From positions 4,836,001 to 4,900,000 of the forward strand of contig OX597824.1 in assembly GCA_951406725.2 (NCBI GenBank): DNA of 64,000 bases, read 5' to 3'. Origin of the DNA: Octopus vulgaris (taxonomy: Eukaryota). This document shows positions 38,086-49,149 of this stretch, piece by piece. Position 1 is the stretch's first letter; each line of letters begins with the position of its first letter. The notes beneath the pieces were generated by a model. It searched no databases. It worked only from the letters and a program-made list of their open reading frames with translations, and was not told the origin of the DNA. The position numbers were made by a program, and so were the translations under genes.

Positions 38086-38444
38086 CTTTAATTAAATCTG
38101 TGCATGAAGCAATAAAGAATTACTTCTTTAAGCAACTAAAAACCTTAAGCAACACAAAGGAAACATCATCTAAATGAATAAGAAATTATACCTGCAAAAT
38201 TAGATAACCAAGCAAGCATGTCACTTCGCCTGGATTAGAGCTGAATTCATTGATTTTAAATCTATTTTTTCATACTAGCATAGGTTGACTTATTTTATTG
38301 AGGCATTGTTTTACAACTTGATGCTCTTCTTGTCACTAACCCTTTCCTGTTTTTTAAGTAAGGGATGTTTTTATTATACTTGTCTTTGAAAACACAAAGC
38401 TATTGGGCCATTTGTTGACAGGCAATTGTCGGCAACCTAGTTAA

Positions 38445-38892
38445 GAGTACCCCTGATGCGTCATGCAATATGATATGCTTGAGAAGACCTGTTGAGTCAA
38501 GTTAAACTAATATTGTAGCTGTGACCAGTGCCACATAAAAAGCACCATCTGAACGTGGTCGATACCAGGTCCGCCTGACTGGCTCCTATGCCAGTGGCAT
38601 GTAAAAAGTACCATCTGAACATTGCCGATGCCAGTACCCTCTGATTGGCCCTTGTGCCGTGGCATGTAAAAAGCACTATCCAAACGGGATCAATGCCAGG
38701 CCCACCTGATTGGCTCTTGTACTAGTGGCATGTAAAAAGCACCCACTACACTCTTGGAGTGGTTGGCATTGTGAAGGACATTGCCAAATCAGATTGGAGT
38801 CTGGTACAGCTGCTGGCTCTCCAGACTTCAGTCAAACTCTCCACCCCATGCCAGCATGGGAAATGGACATTAAAAAGTGATCATGATGATGT
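38445..38892 (+). mobile_element. RTE 3' end with 66-bp VNTR
   Basis: atgcttgagaagac (end of ORF); aaaaag anchors at 38542, 38608, 38673 and 38739; tail ccatgccagcatgggaaatggacattaaa. Confidence 0.85.
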
Positions 38893-39360
38893 CATAGAAT
38901 ATAAACATTCATACAGAAATGCATCTGCATGCATACACACATACATATGAATGTGTGTGTGTGTAATAGGCTTCCATTCAGTTTCTATCTACCAGTTCCA
39001 CCTACAAGGCACTGGTATAGAAGACCCAAAGCTATAGAAGACATTTACTTAATGTGTTGTGCAGTGAAACCCAAACTGAAATCACATTGTTCTAATGCAA
39101 ACCTCTTTACCACACAGCAATACCTACACCTATTTTAAAGTTATTTGAAAAGCAGTTTTTGTTAGAGGCAGGGTACCACTCTGAGGTGTAGGGAGAAAAA
39201 CTAAAGCAGTTTAACAGAAAATGCAGAAAATAATTCACAAGAAAAAAAAATAAGGTTAAAGAGTTGGAACAAGGCAAAACAGTGGATTTATTATCGGAAT
39301 CCATAAGTTGGGTAGAAATGGAGAGTAGCCATCATTTGTCTTTGGCTATCCATGTGCATG

Positions 39361-39425
<65 letters not shown>

Positions 39426-39804
39426 TGTAAGTGTGTATTATGAGATTATGTTTTATCCAATGATATTAGCGTATTCTTCTAAGCCGATGTGCATAAGAAG
39501 CATTAATGTCTCTTTGAATGATAGTCGAAGAAGAGAATAAATGGATTAGAAACAATCTTGTCTCATTGAAGCCAGCAAAGATGCCAGCTGTGAATATCAG
39601 ACAGGCAAAAGTGAGTAAAGCAATTGAGAACATAAAGGTTGGGGAAGATTTAGGACTTAACTTAAAAAACTCAAGACGTGTTATTGTAATATTAATCAGT
39701 TACATATCTAATCAAATATAACGACCGTATCATCAAATATTTCAACAGAAAATAAAATACCTAAGAAACGACCTGGAGTTAATGAATTTGTTTATAACGA
39801 CACA

Positions 39805-40620
39805 CAGAGTGTTTGGGTTAAATCTGACAACATTTTACGTCTCCTTTTTTTCAGGAAGAGCTTGATGTATTGGTGAACAGTCAATGGCATTGGAGAGCAT
39901 AATGATTAAAGTTGCAATTGAGAAAAAGTTAGGTGACATGGTGGACTTGAAGCCAATCAAAAGAATCACCTGTATCATAATGATTCACACCAGGTGTCAA
40001 AATGCCAACATTACAACTGCTGCTCAATGCTCTGGGAACACCATAAAGGCTGTCAGACTGATATGGATCTGTCCCACATATCATGAAAACCAAGTTCTCC
40101 CAAACTGAGATGGCCATTGGGTGTGTCCCCAGTGAGGATGATGTCATGCCAACCCACATCTTTGAACAGGGCCTCAATTCAGATGGCTAAGCAAAGCTGC
40201 TGGAGGCTGTAGTCAAAATCTGGCTGGAGATGATTGCTACAGGAAGGCCATATGGAGCAAGATTTAGTTCCTTGCCTTGGCTACAAAAAGAGTTTGAAGT
40301 AGTTTTCAAAGAATTTCTATAACTTCACCAATCCCCATTTCTGACCCCCTAATTCCCTATATGGTAATCCCAAGGAGAAAGCCATCAACTATTCTGCCTG
40401 CTACACCAAGGTCAAGCTGGTGGCAAAGACCAAAGCGTTTGAGGATCTTCCCAGGGACACAATGAGGAATGTGTGTACCAGATTTTTGGAGCAGGTTTGA
40501 GGCTGTGGTGGAAGCAGAGGACAGCTACTTTGAGTAAATTGTTATCTCTTAGTGCCTATCTAGTTGACATTTTTGAATTTTTAAAAACATTTTTATTTTC
40601 TGGATGGAATCTTTCTTTTC
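39805..40620 (+). mobile_element. maT (DD37D)-like transposon relic, internally deleted
   Basis: VPHIMKTKF...GCVPSEDDVMPTHIFEQGL...GRPY...F*PPNS...RFEAVVEAEDSYFE*, with a candidate left TIR cagagtgtttgggttaaatctgaca. Confidence 0.75.
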
Positions 40621-40624
40621 CTTT

Positions 40625-40792
40625 TGACACAATCTGTGTCCTTATATTTTCAAACAAGGGAATCTAGCACCCCCACTCAGCTCAAAACAATATCTGTGTA
40701 TCGCAATTTTGGGGTTATTTTTCTTCATCAGCACAGAATAATTGCTCGGCTAGATTCCCTTGTCTGAAAATATAAGGACACAGATTGTGTCA
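40625..40792. repeat. 44-bp inverted repeat (40625-40668 / 40749-40792) enclosing a hammerhead relic; probable short Penelope-like insertion
   Basis: The arms are 43/44 identical. Confidence 0.85.
40693..40737 (-). ncRNA. Minimal type I hammerhead ribozyme relic (G12 mutated)
   Basis: Minus strand tctgtg CTGATGA agaaaaataacccc AAAA ttgcga TA cacaga: perfect 6-bp stem I, near-palindromic stem III, GAAA changed to AAAA. Confidence 0.7.
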
Positions 40793-41674
40793 TATAGCCA
40801 GCTGGAGAAAATGTCTCCTGGGGTTAAATTACAGCAATATTAGTCCTAAACTAGGCCTGCCAAGTTATGTTGGCAAACAAGCTTTACTACAAAGAACTGT
40901 TGCTGAATATCTCACGTCGTGAGATTTAAAAATAGTAATTTTCTAAGCAGAACTCTGTTGTCTTTTACAATCATTTTGAAGGAGGAAGGATAGTACACTT
41001 GGCATACAACCTTCTTTCATTTAGTGAACTTAACACCAAAATCATTTGAATCTTCCAAACTATTAATATTACCTATTATGCTTCTATCTACACTATATGA
41101 TCGATATGTAGACCAATCCTTTAAATATCATGTCTAATTACAATTTTAAAACTTCTATTTCTAAAGCAGAATTTCAATATTCTAATTATCTATGCCACTG
41201 TCCCAGATATTAAATTGAAATCACAACAGAAAATACGAGTGTCTGCTGAAATCATATTTTAAATAGTAAAGTTAGAAACACAAAAAGCAGTTACTGCATC
41301 AATGACAATTGTATGAAGTTGTGGTGCACTTGCTAAATTTTTCTTGTTTTTCTTGAGACATTGCACTCATCAGCTAATTAGCAATGCTATTAAGCAGGAT
41401 TTTAGCAAGCTGCCAGTCTCAAAGCTTAAGCAAGTGTTCTTACTCTTCATCCCTTCTCTGTCCTCTAATCTTTATTCCCTTTGTCCTCCAAATTACCTTC
41501 TCTTGTTAACCGTCACCTCTTCTCCCACCCTTGAAAATTCCATCTTTCTTACAATTCCCATTAATTTCTTTTAAATTCACTCTCTTTAGTTTCCAGCTCT
41601 CTTTTCTTTTCCTCTTTTCTTTTTATATTTATCTTGCCTCTACCGTTTTCACCTTTTCTGTTTCATGCTTATCA

Positions 41675-41726
<52 letters not shown>

Positions 41727-42398
41727 TTCTTTTCTTCTTTCTCTTTTCTATCTCGTCCCTCTCCCTCCCAGTTTTACACTCTTTCTATTGCATCCCTTTC
41801 GTTTTATTTTCCTCGTCCCTATTTACCTCCCCACCCCCTCATCTAGACTTCACTTACCACCAATTAACAGACTGGTGTATACAACCTTGGTGGGGCATTT
41901 TTTTTGTTGAATATTAAATATCAGTGCCCACCCCACATAAATAAAGGAGCAACGATTAAAAGTAAAGGCAATGCCTGACCCTGCTTTGTGCAGCAGAACA
42001 GAAAGCAGGCAGCAGTGCTTCAATGCAGCTTTCAGCATTCAACACACACAAACATACCCATTCCCACATACACACCAAAATGCAAGCACCCAATCTCTCT
42101 TTCTCACACACACACACACACACACAATGTGAATAAATTGTATGGATACTCCAAAAGTTTGCCTTTTCAGCAGACACAGAGGTCAGGGGTTAAACAGAAA
42201 ATAGTTAAGGTCGAGTTTCACTCTGAATACATGAGCATATTTTCTTTGTCTAAAGAAATACAATGCATCTCCTAATATATATTTCTTTTTCATTTTTTTT
42301 TTAATTGTTCTCAGAGAGTTGATTGAATTGACTCCTATGTAGTACTTTGTTAATTCTAGAATAAAAGTTTTGTGAATTTTTAAGAGTTGGTTACAAGA

Positions 42399-42720
42399 TC
42401 ATCATCATCATCATTTAACATCCACTTTCCACGCTGGAATGGATAGAACAGTCTGACTGAGAACTCACAAGCCGGGAGGCTGCACCAGGCTCTGGTCTGA
42501 TCTGGCAAGGTTTCTACAACTGGGTGCCCTTCCTAATGCCAACCACTCTGAGAATTGTAGTGGGTGCTTTTTATATGCCAATGGCATGGGAGCCAGCTAG
42601 GGAGCACTGGCATCAACCAAGTTCAGATGGTACTTTTTACGTACCAACGGCACAGGAAGCCAGTCAGGTGACACTGGCATCGACCTACGCTTCATTACGT
42701 TCCACCAGCATGGGTGCCAA
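42399..42720 (-). mobile_element. RTE 3' UTR/tail fragment
   Basis: (cat)n ttaacatccactttccacgc...cccttcctaatgccaaccactc. Confidence 0.8.
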
Positions 42721-44162
42721 TATAGATGCAGTAATTAAATATATCAAAGACACTTCATATACAAGAAGTTTGGCCCTTGATCGGCTCTGCTCAAACAGAA
42801 CAATAACCAAATAAACTCAGCCTTGACCATTCCAATTTTTATTCAGACACTGCATCAAAGACTATATTATCTAATGTGCCTGTATCTGAAAAGAATGTGG
42901 ATGGGATATGAGGAAGATTTGGCAGCTATTTCAAGCAGACTGAGTGATTGTACTAACAATATATTGCTCACTATATTTGAGAATTTGCAAAATACATACA
43001 GGAACACCTCTATGACTAAGATGCTTCACAACCAAATGGTACTGGGTTTGATCCCATAACTCAAGGTGTTGTGCACATCACCTTGAGCAAGTATTACAAG
43101 CAAGTGAAATTTGGTAGATGGAAACTGTGTAGAAGCTTGTCATGTGTGTGTCTGTAGTTGTGGCAGATACATGAAAGCACTGGCACCCATGCTGGTGGTA
43201 TGTAAATGCACCCATTACACTCTTAGAAACCATGCCAGATCAGACTGGAGTCTGGTGCAGCCCCTCAGCTTACCAGCCCTGGTCAAACTGTCCAACCCAT
43301 GCCAGCATAGACAACAGACAGTGAAAGATGATGATGATGGAGACACCATCAATGGGTCTTAAGGGCCTCAATGAGTCTTAATCCAACCCTACCTAGACCC
43401 TACAAAAAAAAATCACCCATCACTTTCTAGACCCTACACAAAACCCTGTCTTTGCCAATACTGCAACCTGTGCATGCTTTTCTTACAAACAGTAACCTAA
43501 AAATATTCAAGCTGAGCATAAACCACATCAATTCCATGAGGGCCCTAAAAAGTCAGGGCTTTGTTAGTCTCCACTTAACTAACTTTAAAAAGAAAGCATA
43601 GGAATTATAAAAATTTTAAGTAGATAAATTTTTGGTTATTCTTTTGTTGATTGTGTCCTTGTTAAATTTTCCCAGTAATAAGAGCCTTCATCATTATCTT
43701 AAATGAACTCTTCAAGAAATTCAAGTTTCCAGAAATAATGTAATTTCAAATATTTAATGGATTTTTGCAATAATGGATTTGATACAGAAGCAAGTAAATT
43801 TTTAATTCTAAAGATAGATGAACAATTTAAGCAACTACTAATATCATATCAATATTACTCTTTTGTTTTTTTCAATAATTATGAAGGGGTTTAGGTAGTG
43901 AATTCTTAAATTATAAATAAATAGAAAACCCTAAAGAATTCTTTGGCCTTTTTATTTCAAAAAATTATAATCATAAAATTCAGAAAATGCTAGACATTAC
44001 GAAAGTTCACACAACACTTGCTATTTCTAATTGCTATTTTAATGACAGAACAACTACAACAACCTGACAAGCTATCCACAGGAAGAGCTTGAAGATACAG
44101 CTGGCTGACAACTAGACCTTCATCAGGAAAACGTTTACTTGAGGGTCAACTCACACAAAATA

Positions 44163-45068
44163 CAAAGTGGTATCAAAAGGTTCCCAGACAGGTTATGTTT
44201 AACAAAAAATAACTCATTTACCTAAGTTTTAACATCACCTCCTTTGAAATAGTGACCTAGCACAGCAACACACTGGTCCCAGAGTTCTTGTCACTTTTCG
44301 AATCTGGCCTGGAAGTCATTTTCTGTGAATCAAGGACCTTCTGCTATTTGCTCTCGACAATGGTGTTAAAATGGTGACCTATGAGCTGCATTTTCATCTT
44401 GGGAAAGAGATGGAAGTGCACAGGTGCTAAATCTGGTGAATAGGGTAGGTGCAAAAGTGATACCATGTTGTTTTTGGTGAAAAACTCACGAGTAAGGAGA
44501 GCTCAGTGACAGGGTGCATTGTTGTCATGAAGAATCCAATTCTTTGCACTCCACAGATCTGGTCGGTTCTGCCAAATGTCCTCCCTCGAATGCTTCAAAA
44601 TGTCACAGTAAAACTCTCAATTGATGGTTTGGCTTTGGAGCATGAATTCTCATTGCCCAGTAACACATTTCCGGAAGTGACACTTGTGGCAGATCTTCCA
44701 AATCACTCATCGTCTTCCATGGATGTTCTTCCACTTTTGAAACAACCATGCCAATCAAAACAGTGCAGACGACCCATTGTCTTGTTGCCATTAGACTACC
44801 AAAGCATGATCAATGTCTCTGTAGCAGACTTCCCAAGTTTAACACAAAATATTACACTGGCTCCTTTGTTTCTCTTCATGACAACATCACATCATCACAC
44901 ATCATCACAAAAAACACAAATTTTACAACTCGCAAAGTAAACACAGTAATGTCATTTGGCACACTGCCTCATTAAGGTCACTGCTACTTTGTACTGCACA
45001 CACAACCATGTGCTGCCATCTGCTGGTCTGCCACAGAACTAGTCTGGGAACTTTCTGGTACCACTTTG
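44163..45068 (-). mobile_element. Mariner-like transposon, internally deleted
   Basis: TA on both sides. TIRs caaagtggtatcaaaaggttcccagac / gtctgggaactttctggtaccactttg. FCVKLGKSATET...SMEDDE*FGRS joins directly to GQTINREFYC...WILHDNNAPCH...YSPDLAP. Confidence 0.9.
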
Positions 45069-46641
45069 TATTGCACATTAGTCAACTGCCCCATCAACAA
45101 TGTGGAGGCACAGGTTCTCACAGTTTACAATTTGTAGTAAATGCAGCAGATTTTACATTTCAGAGCAATTCACAAGTTGTATAAAACTATCTTCTGTGTT
45201 ATTGATGGTTATTGTTAGATATTGAATTAATGGTAAATTAATGGGTAAAAGAACTCTGTTGGTGACATCAGCATCAAAGAGCACAGTTATACAAATGTAT
45301 TCTCCATCAAAACACATCTGGAAAGATGTCATAATGAAGCTATCACAGTTATTACCAGCCAGAGAAGGATATTGAAAACTTGGGATTAATGAGGCTGTTC
45401 GGATTAAGAAATTTAATCCATCTATTAACAACAGACATTATATGAGTTCTGCTGATCGGCTGATTTAATGTAATCAGTTCACATATTCCACAGCAGACCC
45501 AACTCTCCAATCTTTGCATTTGAAAAATAACTGATTAATTATTTTGATCTGTTGCAGACAGACTCAGCTCAACCTCCATTGTATTCATCAGGGATTTCTA
45601 AATTAAAAATACTGAAACAGAAAGTAAAAAACAAAATCATTGTTCTTCATTTGCTTTGATTTTGCTTCCTTTTATGCTTTACTTCTAAAACTTGCATTGT
45701 AGTGGCTTTCTTAAACACTATTGCTCTGCTTCACAATGCTTCATATTAACTGTAATATTTTTGAACATAATTTTTTTAAGTAAATAATTATTATTAATAG
45801 CCCATATTTTCCATTTATAATTAAATGCTAGAGTTTTCTTCACAGGCCTAAACAATGAGTTTTATAGATCAAAGGCAAAAGCAGAGACAGAAAAGCAATG
45901 AAAGCCACTTAACACAAACCTCCATTTCCTTTTCCTCTCTTCTAGCATCAAATATTCATCTTTATTCCAAAGCTGTAACAAAGACAAACCAATGAGAGAG
46001 CCTCAATGTGGTTATGTAAATTACTAAAAATAGCTGCCATATATCCCTTAAAACACATCCTAACATCATTAAAACAGGTCGCATTGATAATGTAATCCTA
46101 ATGTCTCAAAAAGAAGGATGGGATGGTCATGGCTGGAATTCTTCTGAACTCTGTTTGGCAATAGCTTACACAGCACTAAACAACCGCAAAGTCTATCAAA
46201 ACAAGAACAAAATTCAAGTCATTAGACAATTCTCCTTTCTCTACATCAGTATCTGTAGACTTAGCCTAATTTTAATATTACATATGATTCCCTTTTAAGA
46301 TACTCCATGCAAGGGGCACAGCTTTCCTGCTACTTCATGTTTAATCAATCCCAATGCAGGAACAAACTAGACCAAAGAGAAACCAAAACAACCCACACTG
46401 CCCTTATATTCCTGTGTGGGGTGAGGTAATCAATAAAGCAGAGACATGATCTACCTGAAACAATAACATTGCGGATTACAACTAATCATTTAACCAACTA
46501 TTTTAACAAGTCTTAATTGTAAACTGAACAGATTCAAAATTAATCATTAACAGTAAAATCACCAAAAACATTAAAATATGTGTAGAGCAGGACATTAAAA
46601 TTGGGCAAACTTCTGATAGTCAGCATCTTTAATACACAATA

Positions 46642-47471
46642 TAAATCCTTAAATCCTTAAAAATGTTTTAGCCCGAAGGCCGCGGCCATGCTGGGGCACC
46701 ACCACTGAATGAGCTACACTAATACGTGAATCCACCTCTGATACGTGGCACTTGATCAACAAGGGAGTTCGATGCTGCTGCCCGCATCTGCGTCTCCAGT
46801 CGTGAGGTAGGTTCATCTGGAACTCCCAACAAGAAGAGATCCAGTTTAGTTTTAAAGAAACCCACATCCACACCATGTAAGTCTCTCAGGCATTTAGGGA
46901 GGATGTTGAAGAGCTGTGGTCCTCTGAAACCCAAGCTGTTGCAGTATCTGGACCTGTATTTTGATGGTGATGTTGGAATCTTTGGCACCATGCAGTGGCG
47001 CCCCATTCTGCAGTTGGGGTAACTTTGAATGCCAAAGTTTGGGACAAGACCCGCCAGGATTTTCCAGATGTATATCACCGCATATCTCTCCCGCCTCCGC
47101 TCTAGGGAGAAGAGGTTTAATACTTTCAGCCTTTCCCAGTAGCTGATATTTTGCATTGAGACGATCTTCTTTGTGTAGCTTCTCTGAATTGCTTCGAGTT
47201 CTGCCGTTAGTTTTATATTGTGTGGTGACCACAGTTGGGAGCAGTAGTCTAAGCGGCTGAGGACGAATGTTTTCCATAGGACCATCAGTGTCTCCTTCTC
47301 TCTTGTTCTGAAAGTTCGGAGAATCCATCCAGCTAGCCGTCTGCATTTTATCACCAGATTAGTAATATGCACTTGGAAAGATGCATCATTGCTCATGTCA
47401 ATGCCCAGGTCACGCACTGATTTTGACTCAGGGATTGCAATTCTTCCTGGGCCAGTGTATCCAGTCTGCAC
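46642..47471 (-). mobile_element. CR1-clade LINE, 5'-truncated, young; intact 250-codon ORF2 C-terminus and (TTTAAGGA)n tail
   Basis: VRDLGI...FVLSRLDYCSQLWSP...LEAIQRSYTK...SYWERLKVLNLFSLERRRERY...IWKI. No stops; CpGs retained. Confidence 0.92.
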
Positions 47472-47522
47472 GTCGTTGATGTTTTTATTAAAGGTTTACA
47501 TATAAACTGGAGCTTTCAGATT

Positions 47523-47662
47523 CTTTTCTACTATAGGCACAAGGCCTGAAATTTGGTAGTGGTGGTGGTGGTGGGGACAGTCAATTAGATCGACCTCAGT
47601 GCACAACTGGCACTTAATTTATCGACCCCGAAAGGATGAAAGGTAAAGTCGACCTTGGTGAA
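47523..47662 (-). mobile_element. Family A SINE, 5'-truncated
   Basis: ttatcgaccccgaaaggatgaaaggtaaagtcgacc. Confidence 0.85.
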
Positions 47663-48528
47663 GGAGCTTTCATATTCTGGTATTGCACAGCTTGTAAGAA
47701 CCCTTACCTCCAAAATTGCAATTAGGCCTCCTTTGTCAAGAGGGTCCCTACTAAATTCATAGAATCTTCTGACCTGCCATTCAACTACACAGAGCTGCCT
47801 GTTGTTTTCTCAATTCCACACTGTATACAGAGAACAAAACTCCAAAGATATCCTTTCCCATTCCACCTGTCGCATCACCCATGTGTACACAATGTGAACA
47901 CTTCCCTTTTCACCACAAATGAACAAGGCATCCAATCATAGTAGTATCCCTTCCACTGCCTGACATTTCTTCCATTGGTCTTTTTTACAGATGAATCTTT
48001 CATGCAAATACTCTTTATATACATATAAACCATGGAGAAAAAATTATTGCCTGTGCAAAACTTGTTCGATATATTTTATATATTTGATTCGTCTAAAGCA
48101 TTTGTAAATATTACAAACCAGGTAGTAGGATAGTGTACATATTCTGGAATGCATAATGTTGTATTCTCATTAATTCCTTTCAACCACACAGCAACAAATA
48201 TGAGGAGCTATTCTTACTTGTATTTCATTCAGAAATTCCTTAACAGTTTTGATATTGATTACTGTTAATGTTTACATTAAATTTTGAATTTTTCAGTTCG
48301 TAATTAGGACTTATTAAAAGCTAACTTATTGAATAAATATTTTTATTTCCATTCTGCCATTATTAAATGGCTTTTTATCATGCTGTGTTTACAATAATAA
48401 TAAAATAAGTCCACAGTGCAGCTGCTCTTTAAGTACACAACAGTATGTAAGTGAATACACAAGTTCAAGTCTTCAGATTCTGTTATAACTGTATGTCTTG
48501 GTTCACCAGTATTACTGAAGTGGCATGT

Positions 48529-48921
48529 TACTCTTTCACTTGTTTCAGTCATTTGACTGTGGCCATGCTGGAGCACCGCCTTTAGTCAAGCAAATCGACC
48601 CCAGGACTTATTCTTTGTAAGCCTAGTACTTATTCTATCAGTCTCTTTTGCCAAACCGCTAAGTTATGGGGACACAGACACACCAGCATCTGTTGTCCAA
48701 CGATGTTGGGGGGGGGGGGACAAACACAGACACACAAACATATACACACACATATATATGACGGGCTTCTTTCTGTTTCCGTCTTCCAAATCCACTCAGA
48801 AGGCATTGGTCGGCCCAAAGCTATAGTAGAAGACACTTGCCCAAGGTGCCATGCAGTGGGACTGAACCCGGAACTATGTGGTTCGTAAGCAAGCTACTTA
48901 CCACACAGCCTCTCCTACGCC
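48529..48921 (-). mobile_element. Family B SINE, full length
   Basis: Reverse complement of the 18438-18868 copy, including the tail. Confidence 0.92.
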
Positions 48922-49149
48922 TATATATAAAATTTAGGATGGAAAATTGCAAGTGAGTTTCAATCACAGTCCTAGTTTTCCGTACATGACTAAACAATTG
49001 CTTAGAAACACTGTAAACACAACATTACTCCAGCCACAAAGGAGAAATCCTGTTAGTTATCATATCATTGATGTTTTTAAGCTTTTGAGATTTCACAGCT
49101 CTTATAAGGTGGTAATTTATTGAGTTGTTAAGTTGCTGTGAGGGTTAGT

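Noticed and set aside
44095-44130. Additional hammerhead (CTGATGA...cagctgTA, minus strand)
   Set aside because: GAAA is missing and there is no stem I pairing. CTGATGA hits near 37686 and 57114 also lack stems.
38188-46460. Possible recursive splice sites (ttttgcag|gtataa near 38190; tgtttcag|gtagat near 46454)
   Set aside because: AG|GT matches are expected by chance and cannot be supported without nascent RNA data.
47708-47773. Open 66-nt minus-strand exon candidate with gtaagg donor
   Set aside because: Weak acceptor, and it appears to lie within a decayed + strand LINE 3' end (about 47660-48010).
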